This document shows, one piece after another, positions 12,001-22,036 of a stretch of 64,000 bases of DNA. Each line of letters opens with the position of its first letter. The first letter of the stretch is position 1. The position numbers and the translations under genes are program-made. The stretch is from assembly GCA_964613455.1 (NCBI GenBank), contig CAZTGS010000002.1, positions 14,425-78,424 on the forward strand, read 5' to 3'. Source of the DNA: an uncultured Gammaproteobacteria bacterium. GTDB lineage: Bacteria > Pseudomonadota > Gammaproteobacteria > Magnimaribacterales > D2472. Under the pieces are notes generated by a model, which was not told where the DNA came from, did not search any database, and saw only the letters and a list, made by a program, of their open reading frames with translations.

Positions 12001-13313
12001 TGCTCTAAATGCACCTTATTTAAATTATCCAAAAGAATTGATGAATAATCATACTTACTTGGGCAAACGTAGGAGCATAAGGCTAGATCCTCGGGTGCCA
12101 ATTCAAGCATTCCAAGATCTATAGCCATTTCTATGTCAGAAACCACTAAGGACTTAAGAAGCTGCGTAACTAATATATCTAGTGGCATGACTTCTTCATA
12201 AGAGCAGACAGGCACTATAGCTCTATCGCCACCATTTACTGATGTATTAAAGGTGAAAGATTTTGGTTTCAAAAATGATGATGAGAAAACGTTTAGTTGT
12301 GAGTGAAGTTCTGATCCAGGCATCAACCAGTTCATAAATATATCATTAGCAACATCAGGAATAACTGAAATTTGAGCATCATAAGCTCCTAAATAATTCA
12401 TAATACCTTCAGATACATGGCCGTATATAACAGATCCAGAAATAATTCGTGAATGAGTCTCAATTTTACCAGCAACAAGCTGATCAAGATTACCGCCAAT
12501 TCTGGCTTCTATAAGCGATGGATCAAAGACATTAGAGCCAGCTAAGGAGATAGTTTTATAAGTACGAATCTTGTTATTTTTTAATAAATAACCCAAAGAA
12601 ATAATATCTTGATAATTAATGGTCCAAGCAACTCTATTTAAATTTACAGGGTATATCTTGCTAATGTGAGTGCTCGCCAATCCAGCAGGATGAGGCCCAG
12701 CAAATTGATGATAATTAATACCATCAACATCATTATTAAATGAATCGTTTTGATGCGAGAGATGAATAGGACAGGAAAAATATTTTTTGATTGACTCTAA
12801 TGCTAAATTAAATATTTCTTTGTCCTTTTCTATGATTACATAGGGATCTATTGCAAGAGGATTGGTATCACAAGCATTTATAAAAAGCGCTTGAGGAGAT
12901 TTATCTGTAGAAGGAGTTCTGTTAAAAGGCCTTGTTCTAAAAGAGTTCCAAAGACCAGATTCAATTAAGAGTTCTTTAAGGTTATCTCCATTCATTTTTT
13001 CAGTGAAATCTACAAACTGTTCGTTATTAGAGATATCTATTTCAATTGATAAGAACTTACGTTTCTCACCTCTGTTAATAGAAGTTACAGTTCCGCCAGC
13101 AGGTGATGTAAAGAAAACACCCGGGTTTTTTTTATCTTCAAAGATTTTGGACCCTGCTTTAACTTCGTCACCTTCTTTTACAAGCATAGTAGGCTTCATA
13201 CCAATAAAATCATTAGCTAATAATGCAACTGAAGTTACATTCGGTTTATCAGAAATAATAGGATCAGGATTACCAGAGATTGGTAAATCTAAACCTTTTT
13301 TAATTTTAATCAC
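11997..13313 (-). CDS. nqrA: Na+-NQR subunit A
   Basis: 438-aa soluble protein. [14 protein letters not shown] is the typical NqrA N-terminus, and it is the first gene of the operon. Confidence 0.94.
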   Translation of the reverse strand: MIKIKKGLDLPISGNPDPIISDKPNVTSVALLANDFIGMKPTMLVKEGDEVKAGSKIFEDKKNPGVFFTSPAGGTVTSINRGEKRKFLSIEIDISNNEQFVDFTEKMNGDNLKELLIESGLWNSFRTRPFNRTPSTDKSPQALFINACDTNPLAIDPYVIIEKDKEIFNLALESIKKYFSCPIHLSHQNDSFNNDVDGINYHQFAGPHPAGLASTHISKIYPVNLNRVAWTINYQDIISLGYLLKNNKIRTYKTISLAGSNVFDPSLIEARIGGNLDQLVAGKIETHSRIISGSVIYGHVSEGIMNYLGAYDAQISVIPDVANDIFMNWLMPGSELHSQLNVFSSSFLKPKSFTFNTSVNGGDRAIVPVCSYEEVMPLDILVTQLLKSLVVSDIEMAIDLGMLELAPEDLALCSYVCPSKYDYSSILLDNLNKVHLEQ

Positions 13314-13391
13314 GTGTGCATTGCCTTATAAAGTTAAAAACAACTTAATTCGCAGTGATTATAAATCTAAACTGGAGATGATTCTATACTT

Positions 13392-14897
13392 TTAACCAAT
13401 TGGTTTAGGCAATCTTTCTAATGTGATATTAGCAATTTTTTTAGTAAGATTGATAACTTGTTTAGAGTAGCCATATTCATTGTCATACCAACAATATAAA
13501 GTCACCCTGTTATCACTTGTGATTGTTGCTTGCGAGTCAATAATTGATGCAAACGGGCTAGAGTAAAAGTCTGTTGATACAATCTCTGAAGAATTAACAT
13601 AGCCGATTATTTCTCTGTACTTAGAATGAAAAGCCATTGATTTAAGGTAGTTATTTAATGGTTCCTTATCTACTTTAGTATCTAAGACTAGAGATAATAT
13701 CGCTAAACTAACATTTGGTGTTGGCACTCTGATTGCATTACCAGTTAATTTGCCTGCAAGTGCAGGTATTACTTTGGCTACAGCTTTTACAGCACCGGTA
13801 GAAGTAATAACCATATTCAAGGGTGCGCCTCTTCCTCTTCTATCACCACTATGAAAATTATCAATTAAATTCTGATCATTTGTATAAGAATGAACTGTTT
13901 CAATATGGCCACCATCAATACCATATTTATCATGTATCACACTCAAAACAGGGACAATTGCATTAGTGGTACATGATGCAGCTGAGATAATAGACTCATC
14001 ACCATTTAAAATATCATCATTCACTCCAAAAACAATATTTTTAATAGAATCTCCTTTTGAAGGAGCAGTTAATATGGCTTTGGCAGCACCAGAATTTAAG
14101 TGTTTAGACAGGCCTTCTTCATCTCTCCAAGCCCCTGTATTGTCTATAACAATAGGATCAACAATATCATACTCAGAGTACATTACTTCCTCTGGACTGT
14201 TTGCATATATTATTTTTACAGGATTTCCATTTATTACTAAAGTTGAATTCTCTTCATCAACTCTAACAGTTCCATCAAAAGAACCATGAACAGAATCTCT
14301 TGAAAGTAAGCTGGCCCTTTTAAAGATATCATCATTAGAAGCTTTTCTAATTACTATTGCCTTTAATCTAAAGTAATTACCAGGTCCAGTCATCTGAATC
14401 ATCATTCTAGTAACAAGCCTTCCTATTCTTCCAAAGCCATACAAAACAATGTCTTTAGGTTGTTTTGGTCTTGATGATTCTTTATTTAGAACAGAAACAA
14501 GCTCATCATTGATATATTCTGCAAGACCAGATGTATCATCTTTAAGATTTTTAAAAAATGGACATCTAACAGCAAGTTCACCGATATCTATTTCACAATC
14601 AGCCATGGATTGAGTAGCTAAATATTGAAGAATTGGATAAGTTTCTAATTCACTAAGCTCATTCATATCAGATTGTCTAGCAAATCTATGAGCTCTCATT
14701 ATCTCAACTGGAGACTCATTTACCAGAGATTTACCATAAACAAGAATATTAATACCATCTCTATAGAGATTTCCTATAATAGGAATCATTAGTTCGGCTA
14801 AGCCTTCTCTCCACTTCCAATCACCAAATGAATCCTCAGGAAGAATTCTATTTTGTCTTGCTGTGGATTGAAATGTTAAATCTCTGTTATCAGTCAT
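13392..14897 (-). CDS. gap: glyceraldehyde-3-phosphate dehydrogenase, long form with an N-terminal extension of about 148 aa
   Basis: The Rossmann motif VLYGFGRIGR appears only at about aa 151. The catalytic SAASCTTNA motif is present and the C-terminal WYDNEYGYS is typical of GAPDH. Confidence 0.9.
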   Translation of the reverse strand: MTDNRDLTFQSTARQNRILPEDSFGDWKWREGLAELMIPIIGNLYRDGINILVYGKSLVNESPVEIMRAHRFARQSDMNELSELETYPILQYLATQSMADCEIDIGELAVRCPFFKNLKDDTSGLAEYINDELVSVLNKESSRPKQPKDIVLYGFGRIGRLVTRMMIQMTGPGNYFRLKAIVIRKASNDDIFKRASLLSRDSVHGSFDGTVRVDEENSTLVINGNPVKIIYANSPEEVMYSEYDIVDPIVIDNTGAWRDEEGLSKHLNSGAAKAILTAPSKGDSIKNIVFGVNDDILNGDESIISAASCTTNAIVPVLSVIHDKYGIDGGHIETVHSYTNDQNLIDNFHSGDRRGRGAPLNMVITSTGAVKAVAKVIPALAGKLTGNAIRVPTPNVSLAILSLVLDTKVDKEPLNNYLKSMAFHSKYREIIGYVNSSEIVSTDFYSSPFASIIDSQATITSDNRVTLYCWYDNEYGYSKQVINLTKKIANITLERLPKPIG

Positions 14898-14954
14898 GAT
14901 TGATGTATTTAATAAATATAAAATCTTATGATAATAATTAAATACTCAAAAAGA

Positions 14955-15001
14955 TATAAATAACTATTTAGAATGCTACTTTATAAATAACTATTTAGAA
15001 T
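14955..15001. repeat. perfect 20-bp direct repeat TATAAATAACTATTTAGAAT x2 (14955-14974 and 14982-15001)
   Basis: Read directly from the sequence. The second copy contains the stop codon and last codons of the 363-aa ACAD gene. The first copy lies in the gap promoter region. Confidence 0.9.
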
Positions 15002-16082
15002 ACTGCTTTAGATGATGATCAGAATTACCAAATAATGCATCTATTACAATCAATTTTTTAAGATAGTGGCCAATCATTAATTCATCACTAACGCCCATTC
15101 CACCGTGAAGTTGAACTGCCTGTTGTGCAGAGAACTTGCCTGATTTACCAACTTGAGCTTTAAGAGCAGAAACATGTTTAAACATATCCTCATCACCTGA
15201 ATCTACTGCTAGCATAGCTTTAAATAATAAAGACTTACAAAGTTCACTTTCTATAAACATGTCAACCATACGATGTTGTAATACTTGAAAATTTGATATC
15301 GGTTGTCCGAACTGCTCTCTACCTTTTGTGTATTCAACAGTTTTCAAGTAACAAGAAGTCATACAACCTACAGCTTCAGCACTTACACAAAGAGTCGCAA
15401 GATTTAATGCAGTATGAAGAAGATTAGAGGCTTCAGCGCCTTTACCTAATATTGACTCAACATTTATTACTACATTTTCAAATGTAATTTCAGCACAAGC
15501 TTGTCCATCAACAGTTGGAAAAGAATTCATTGATATTCCATCTTCTGAAGAATCAACAATAGCTAATACAAGTTCACCATCTTGCATTGCTGAAACTATG
15601 AGCTTATCTGCATTGCCACCATTTAGCACGATTGTTTTAGTGCCATTCAACTTCATATCAGTTATTGATGTAGTTGGAGATGAGTAGTCATAAGAATTAG
15701 CGGCTTCTGCATATGCTAAGGAAACTTGTAATGAGCCACTACATATACTTTCTATGACTTCTGCTTTTTTAGAGTAATTTGAGGAGTCAATTAATGTTCC
15801 TGAAAGAACAACTGTAGAAAGATATGGTTCTATAACCAAGGCCTTTCCAAACTCTTCAAATAAAACTGAAAGCTCTATAGGGCCAAAGCCAAAACCGCCT
15901 GATTCCTCAGAAAAAGGTATTGATAGCCATCCTTGTTCAGCAAATAACTTCCATACATTTTCATCAAAATCTTTATCAGATTTTATAACCTCTTCTCTTT
16001 TATAAAAGTCATAATCAGCATCACAAAATCTTTGAACTTGCTCTCTAAGCATGACTTGCTCATCACTGTAGTTTAAATTCAT
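14991..16082 (-). CDS. acyl-CoA dehydrogenase family protein, degenerate (possible non-catalytic partner subunit)
   Basis: 363 aa with the ACAD fold pattern (N-terminal helical domain, middle beta domain, C-terminal GGMG...). The usual TEPxxGSD block reads AEAANSYD, and neither common catalytic-Glu position appears to hold a Glu (by-eye alignment). Confidence 0.75.
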   Translation of the reverse strand: MNLNYSDEQVMLREQVQRFCDADYDFYKREEVIKSDKDFDENVWKLFAEQGWLSIPFSEESGGFGFGPIELSVLFEEFGKALVIEPYLSTVVLSGTLIDSSNYSKKAEVIESICSGSLQVSLAYAEAANSYDYSSPTTSITDMKLNGTKTIVLNGGNADKLIVSAMQDGELVLAIVDSSEDGISMNSFPTVDGQACAEITFENVVINVESILGKGAEASNLLHTALNLATLCVSAEAVGCMTSCYLKTVEYTKGREQFGQPISNFQVLQHRMVDMFIESELCKSLLFKAMLAVDSGDEDMFKHVSALKAQVGKSGKFSAQQAVQLHGGMGVSDELMIGHYLKKLIVIDALFGNSDHHLKQYSK

Positions 16083-16085
16083 TGT

Positions 16086-17261
16086 TTATACCCCTAGTAC
16101 AAATTTTGAAATAATATTCTTTTGGATTTCGTTACTACCGCCATATATAGATGTTTTTCTCATATTCAAAAATTTAGACACAGCATCCGCAGAGTAATCT
16201 GGTCCACTTGGCTTATCATTAGATCCAAATCCATGAGGCCCAGGATATAAAAGTGCGTGTTCACCTGAAGCTTCAACAAATAACTCTGTAAGTCTTTGCT
16301 GTATTTCAGTTCCTCTAATCTTTAAAATAGATGATTCAGGACCAACTTGTCCACCATTTTCTAAAGCTGATAGCATTCTTAATTCAGTTATTTCTAGAGC
16401 ATTAAGATCTATTTCTAATTCTGTAATTTTTTTATCAAAATCAGTATTTGACATATCTTTAGCGATTTCTTTCAATCGATTAAGTTGTCTTAGTGATCCG
16501 CCAACTGAGGCAATACCAAATCTTTCATGCGCTAGAAGAAACTTAGCATAAGTCCAGCCCTTGCCCTCTTCACCAATTAAATTTTCAACTGGCACTTTTA
16601 CATCTGTAAAAAAGACTGAGTTAACTTCATGTTCACCATCAATAGTGATAATAGGTTTGACTTCAATTCCTGGGTCATTCATATCTATTAATAAGAAAGA
16701 AATGCCTTCTTGTCGAATAGCAGTAGTTTCTGTTCTAACAAGACAGAAAATCCATTCTGCACTTTGAGCCAATGTTGTCCATGTTTTTGCTCCATTGACT
16801 ACATAGTGTTTACCATCGTCTGTTTTGACGGCTTTAGTTTTTAGAGAAGCAAGATCAGAGCCTGATCCTGGTTCAGAATATCCCTGACACCACCAAGTAT
16901 TAAATTCTAGAATATCTGGTAGAAATCTAGCTTTCTGCTCTTCATTTCCAAATGTATATATAACTGGAGCTACCATGCTTACACCAAAAGCAAGAAGTGG
17001 CGGACATCCAGCAAGACCAAATTCTTTATTGAATAAATAAAGTTGTGTTGCTGACCAACCAGTTCCACCATATTCAACAGGCCAGTTATAACCCATCCAA
17101 CCTTTAGCAGAGACTGCTTTATGGTAATCAACCATGTCCTGTCTAGTTAGGGGTTCAGCATTATCCATTTTGTCTTTAACATGCTTTGGATAATCGTTAT
17201 CAAGCCACGATTTGAGCTCGTCTCTAAATTGAAGATCTTCTTTTGAAAAATTTAGTTCCAT
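16086..17261 (-). CDS. acyl-CoA dehydrogenase
   Basis: 391 aa with a canonical GYSEPGSGSDLASLKT block and the C-terminal IYGGSNEIQ. There is a Glu in LLAHERFG at the IVD/LCAD-type catalytic position (by-eye alignment). Confidence 0.9.
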   Translation of the reverse strand: MELNFSKEDLQFRDELKSWLDNDYPKHVKDKMDNAEPLTRQDMVDYHKAVSAKGWMGYNWPVEYGGTGWSATQLYLFNKEFGLAGCPPLLAFGVSMVAPVIYTFGNEEQKARFLPDILEFNTWWCQGYSEPGSGSDLASLKTKAVKTDDGKHYVVNGAKTWTTLAQSAEWIFCLVRTETTAIRQEGISFLLIDMNDPGIEVKPIITIDGEHEVNSVFFTDVKVPVENLIGEEGKGWTYAKFLLAHERFGIASVGGSLRQLNRLKEIAKDMSNTDFDKKITELEIDLNALEITELRMLSALENGGQVGPESSILKIRGTEIQQRLTELFVEASGEHALLYPGPHGFGSNDKPSGPDYSADAVSKFLNMRKTSIYGGSNEIQKNIISKFVLGV

Positions 17262-17317
17262 ATTTACCTTTATAGTTATTTGATTGTTAGAATACGCCGA
17301 ATATTATACAAGTATAA

Positions 17318-20300
17318 ATGACGAAAAAACAGGACCACAGTAAAGCACATACCTTGTGCGAAAAATATCAAGAAAATAATAGTTCTATTTGCGTAATTGT
17401 TGAAAACAGCAAAGAGGCTAAATTATTAAAAAATGAGCTAAATCTTTATTTAAATAATGATGAAGTGGAGTATTTTCCTGAAAATGATATTTTGCCATAT
17501 GATCATTTTTCTATACCTGAAAATATTTTAAAAGAAAGATTTAGAATTTTAAATTCAATCAATCTTAATAAAAAAATTGTTATTTCAACAATAAAAAATT
17601 TATTTGAAGTCTATCCCACTTTAGATTTTTTTAAGTCAGCTAATAATTTTAATATCGGAGATAAACTTTCTATTAGCTCCCTTGAAGAAATATTACTTTC
17701 ATTAAATTATATTAAGGCTAATAGAATAGATTCGATCAATCAATATGCTTTTAGAGGTGGAATAGTTGATGTATATACTCCTATTTATAAAAACCCATTA
17801 AGGATTGAGATTTTTGATGACACTATTGAATCTATTAGGTTCTTTGACGTGGACAATCAACTATCAGTAGATAAGACTGATAGTTTTAACCTTTCCAAGG
17901 GCACTCTTCTATCATTAGACGAATTTAATTTAAAAATATTTAAGGATAACTGGAGAGAATATTTTCAAAATAGTGATGAAAGACACTGTACGATATTTCA
18001 AAAATTGAATAACAAAGAGATGATTGAAGGAGCTGAGGTATATCTCCCGTTATTTTTTAATAAAAAATCTAATTTTTTTAATTTATTTGAGTCCTACCAA
18101 TTCTATAGACTCAATGAGCATGCTGAACAAATCAATAAATATAATAATTTTATTGAAGAACGATACCTTGATGAAAATATTGATAGTCAAAGACCAATTC
18201 TAAAACCCTCTGATATGTTTATAAATCAAAATGAAATTAGTAATTCACTCACCAACATATCCTTAATAGAGCCTCTTACAAACTATAAAGAGTTTAAATT
18301 TGAAAGCTTTGACGACGCAATTGAACAGTTATCAAATAAAGAAATTGAATTTAAAAAAACTATTTTATTAACATCAATTAATAGTGAGTACGAATTATTA
18401 CTTAATAAATATCTTCCAAATATTTCTCAAATAAATTCTGTGAAGGATGCAAAAAATGGAGTGAATCTTATTTTAGGAAATGTTGTTAGGCCATTAATTA
18501 ATTTAATTACAGATGAGTTTATAATTCATAGAGAATATTTTATTGATTCGCATGTCGATGAAAAAATACAGGATTTTCATGGTGTGAAAACCATTGATAG
18601 AGAAGTTATGTTTTCTGTAGGCGACTTGGTAATTCATGAGAATTACGGTCTTGGTAAATACGAAGGGTTAGAGATAGTTACTGCTAATGGCGTATCTAAT
18701 GAGTATATAAAAATTATTTACTCATCAAATGAATCACTTTATGTCCCACTTCGAAGCTTAGATTTAATTTCAAAATATCATAAAAATATTGAGATTAATG
18801 ATGCGATGTATGATTCACTATCATCTACAAAATGGTTAAAAAATAAAGAGAAAGCTTCGATTAGAGCTTTTGATCATGCTGCTGAAATCCTTGATGTTGA
18901 ATCTAGAAGACAAGCCGCAACATCATCTGTTCTGAGGGTTGAGAACTCAGAATTCAATATTTTTAATCAAGAATTTCCCTATAAAGAGACTCCAGATCAA
19001 CTTGATGCTATTGAGTCAATTAGGAAAGATATCTCACTAATTAAACCTATGAATAGAGTTTTATGCGGTGACGTTGGCTTTGGAAAAACTGAAGTTGCGA
19101 TGCGGTCAGCTTACATAGCTGCTCATTCCTCAAAACAAGTGATTTTTCTATGTCCTAGTACTGTTCTTGCAGATCAACACTATGAATCATTTTTAGAAAG
19201 ATTTAAAAAGTTTCCAGTAAATATCAGGTTACTTAATAGACATACAAGTCTTAAAAATAAAAAAGAAATCATAGATTCATTTAATGGAAATAATGTAGAT
19301 ATATTGATAGGAACTCATGCGCTATTTACATCAGGGATAGATTTTAAAAATACTGGATTATTAATCGTAGATGAAGAGCACAAATTTGGTATAAAGCAAA
19401 AAGATATTATAAAAAGTAAACAAGAAAACATACATATTTTGTATCTCTCAGCCACGCCGATTCCAAGAACAATGAATTTCATCTTCTCGGGACTCAAAGA
19501 ATTCTCCTTTCTTCACACGCCACCAACAAATAGAATTTCTATTAAGTCATTTCTTAAAGTTCAAAGTGAGCAGCTTATAAAAGAAGCTATTTCAAGAGAA
19601 GTCGCAAGAGGTGGTCAATGTTTTATAGTGCAAAACGATATCTCTAAGATGAACATGTTAAAAAATGAAATTAATAAGTTGTTACCAGATCTATCAATTG
19701 GGATTGCGCATGGAAAGCTTAATAAAAAAGATATTGCTGAAGTGATGACTTCGTTTGATATAGGAGATTTGGATGTTTTAATTTGTACAACAATTGTAGA
19801 AATGGGATTAGATATTCCAAATGCAAATACAATAATTATTATTGATTCACAAAACTTTGGTTTATCACAATTGCATCAACTGAGAGGTAGGGTTGGGCGT
19901 TCAAGTAAACAGGGTTATTGTTACTTCATGATTCCAATTCCAAATTTATCTAAAATAGCTAAGGATAGACTTGATTCAATAATCCGTCTTTCAGATCTTG
20001 GATCTGGATTTTTTATTGCTCAAGAAGATCTAGAAATTCGTGGAGGTGGAGAAATGCTTGGAGATAAACAAAGTGGGCACATAAATTCAATTGGTATAAA
20101 TTTATATCTATCAATGCTAAAAAATGCTCTTAATAAGTTCAAAAACAATGATGAGAAGGAATTGATTCAAACAGAAATTAATTTCTATGACTCTTCTTAT
20201 ATAAGCGATGTATATCTTCCATCTGCATTAGAGCGTTTAAAAGTATATAAGTCCATAAACGCTGTTTGTAGCAATAAAGAGCTTAAATTAATTTCATTTA

Positions 20301-20602
20301 ATTTAGAGGATAGATGCGGTCCTTTGCCTCAAGAAGTTAAGAATTTAATTAGCAATGCTGAAATAGCTCTTGCCATAAAAGATTCAGGAGTACTAAAGAT
20401 ATCATCAAATGATAAAAAGTCATCATTACTGCTTTCATCAAATATTAAGAAAGATGTATTTGAACGAATATTGACACTCATTACAAACAAGCCCAATATT
20501 TATAGTATAAACAAAGACAATAAATTGATTATTAACCTAGAAGAGTCGAATGCAGCCATTAGAAGATCAAATATCAAAAATCTCATAGATGAAGTTATAT
20601 AA
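17318..20602 (+). CDS. mfd: transcription-repair coupling factor Mfd
   Basis: 1094 aa. It has a CarD-like block (GDLVIHENYGLGKY), helicase motifs GDVGFGKTEVA and DEEHKFG, and a TRG region. Confidence 0.97.
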   Translation: MTKKQDHSKAHTLCEKYQENNSSICVIVENSKEAKLLKNELNLYLNNDEVEYFPENDILPYDHFSIPENILKERFRILNSINLNKKIVISTIKNLFEVYPTLDFFKSANNFNIGDKLSISSLEEILLSLNYIKANRIDSINQYAFRGGIVDVYTPIYKNPLRIEIFDDTIESIRFFDVDNQLSVDKTDSFNLSKGTLLSLDEFNLKIFKDNWREYFQNSDERHCTIFQKLNNKEMIEGAEVYLPLFFNKKSNFFNLFESYQFYRLNEHAEQINKYNNFIEERYLDENIDSQRPILKPSDMFINQNEISNSLTNISLIEPLTNYKEFKFESFDDAIEQLSNKEIEFKKTILLTSINSEYELLLNKYLPNISQINSVKDAKNGVNLILGNVVRPLINLITDEFIIHREYFIDSHVDEKIQDFHGVKTIDREVMFSVGDLVIHENYGLGKYEGLEIVTANGVSNEYIKIIYSSNESLYVPLRSLDLISKYHKNIEINDAMYDSLSSTKWLKNKEKASIRAFDHAAEILDVESRRQAATSSVLRVENSEFNIFNQEFPYKETPDQLDAIESIRKDISLIKPMNRVLCGDVGFGKTEVAMRSAYIAAHSSKQVIFLCPSTVLADQHYESFLERFKKFPVNIRLLNRHTSLKNKKEIIDSFNGNNVDILIGTHALFTSGIDFKNTGLLIVDEEHKFGIKQKDIIKSKQENIHILYLSATPIPRTMNFIFSGLKEFSFLHTPPTNRISIKSFLKVQSEQLIKEAISREVARGGQCFIVQNDISKMNMLKNEINKLLPDLSIGIAHGKLNKKDIAEVMTSFDIGDLDVLICTTIVEMGLDIPNANTIIIIDSQNFGLSQLHQLRGRVGRSSKQGYCYFMIPIPNLSKIAKDRLDSIIRLSDLGSGFFIAQEDLEIRGGGEMLGDKQSGHINSIGINLYLSMLKNALNKFKNNDEKELIQTEINFYDSSYISDVYLPSALERLKVYKSINAVCSNKELKLISFNLEDRCGPLPQEVKNLISNAEIALAIKDSGVLKISSNDKKSSLLLSSNIKKDVFERILTLITNKPNIYSINKDNKLIINLEESNAAIRRSNIKNLIDEVI

Positions 20603-21437
20603 ATTTTTAATATTTCTAGCGTTAACTCAATCGATATATATAAAAGCATTTTCTGATGACTTAAAAGAATATCAAATTGAGATTATTATTTTTAAGAATT
20701 TAGAAAATAATGTGAGTGAAACATTCAACTCAGAGCTAAAAGTTCCTGATGGAGAAATGTTATCTTTTTATACTCCTAATATAAAAGTTAATAAAAAACT
20801 ATTTCAAGAATACAAAAAAGAATCTGTATTTCTAGAATTCCTTAAAGGTATAAGACCCCTTAAATCTAAAACAAAAGACAAAGATGAGTCATTAAATACC
20901 AGAGCAACAAATCCAGAAAAATGGTTTAGAAAATCTTCTGAATTAATAACTTTAAATAATATAAGAAATAAATTGTCTACTAAAAAAGAATACAGGGTTC
21001 TTGATAGTTACTCATGGATACAAAATATTAGTAATAAAAAAGATGCCATGTATCTATCTGAAGCTAATATTGATAATAACTTTGGCTATTACTTAAAATT
21101 TTATAAAACAAGATTTATGCATATGGATGTTAAAGCTTATCTAGGAAGAGCAAAGAAAGATTCAAACTACTTAATAACAAGATCTTATATAAATAAATTT
21201 GATGAGAGAATGTTAGAGAATTTAGAAGAAATAGAAAGTATTGATTTGGATCTTAAATTAAATAATAAGAATGAATTTTTTGAAATTGATTTAAATAAAA
21301 ATATAGGGTCCTTGGAAAGAATTGAACCACAAATACTAAATATTTATATAGACGAAGAAAAAAGAATATTTAATGATGAAATTCATTACTTTGATCACCC
21401 CTACTTTGGAATTATTATTTCTGTAAAAGAAATCTAG
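20589..21437 (+). CDS. secreted protein, CsiV-like (peptidoglycan-binding protein family), tentative
   Basis: 282 aa with a signal peptide. The N-terminal YQIEIIIFKN and C-terminal HYFDHPYFGIIISV resemble what I recall of the CsiV family. It sits directly after mfd. Assigned from memory only. Confidence 0.45.
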   Translation: MKLYKFLIFLALTQSIYIKAFSDDLKEYQIEIIIFKNLENNVSETFNSELKVPDGEMLSFYTPNIKVNKKLFQEYKKESVFLEFLKGIRPLKSKTKDKDESLNTRATNPEKWFRKSSELITLNNIRNKLSTKKEYRVLDSYSWIQNISNKKDAMYLSEANIDNNFGYYLKFYKTRFMHMDVKAYLGRAKKDSNYLITRSYINKFDERMLENLEEIESIDLDLKLNNKNEFFEIDLNKNIGSLERIEPQILNIYIDEEKRIFNDEIHYFDHPYFGIIISVKEI

Positions 21438-22027
21438 CTTTTATAAAAAGCATTGTCATCGATTGAATGATCTGTAGAGTCTTTAACAGATGTAAGTTCA
21501 GGGATTTGTTCTAACAAAGTTTTCTCGATTCCATCTTTGAGAGTTACATCAACCATTCCACATCCTTGACATCCTCCACCAAACTGGAGAATTGCTTCGC
21601 CTTTTTTAGTAAAATCTACAAGACTTACCTCTCCACCGTGAGATTCAAGCATAGGGTTTATTTCATTGTAAATAACGTAATTAATTCTATCTTCAGGGGG
21701 GCTGTCAGGAGATATGTTGGGGAGTCTTGCATTAGGTGCTTTAATTGTTAATTGACCACCAAAAGTGTCATTGTCAAAGTTAACCTCAGCTGATTCAAGA
21801 AAAGGAATACTTCTCTTTTCAACATTAACATTAATAAGTTTTAGATTAATAATTACATCATCTGGTTGAGCTTCATCTGGTTTACAATAAGCCAAACACG
21901 TTTCAGCTTTAGGAGTCCCAGGATCGGAAATAAAAATTCTTACTGACAAGTCAGTCTCACCTTTCTCATTCAATAGTTTGGCAAGGTACTCTTCAGCTGA
22001 TTTAGTAATGTTAATAATTTCATTCAT
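21434..22027 (-). CDS. nfuA: Fe-S biogenesis protein NfuA
   Basis: 197 aa. It has a degenerate A-type N-domain plus an Nfu C-domain (LQFGGGCQGCGMVDVTLKDGIEK). Confidence 0.93.
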   Translation of the reverse strand: MNEIINITKSAEEYLAKLLNEKGETDLSVRIFISDPGTPKAETCLAYCKPDEAQPDDVIINLKLINVNVEKRSIPFLESAEVNFDNDTFGGQLTIKAPNARLPNISPDSPPEDRINYVIYNEINPMLESHGGEVSLVDFTKKGEAILQFGGGCQGCGMVDVTLKDGIEKTLLEQIPELTSVKDSTDHSIDDNAFYKS

Positions 22028-22036
22028 AATATTAAT

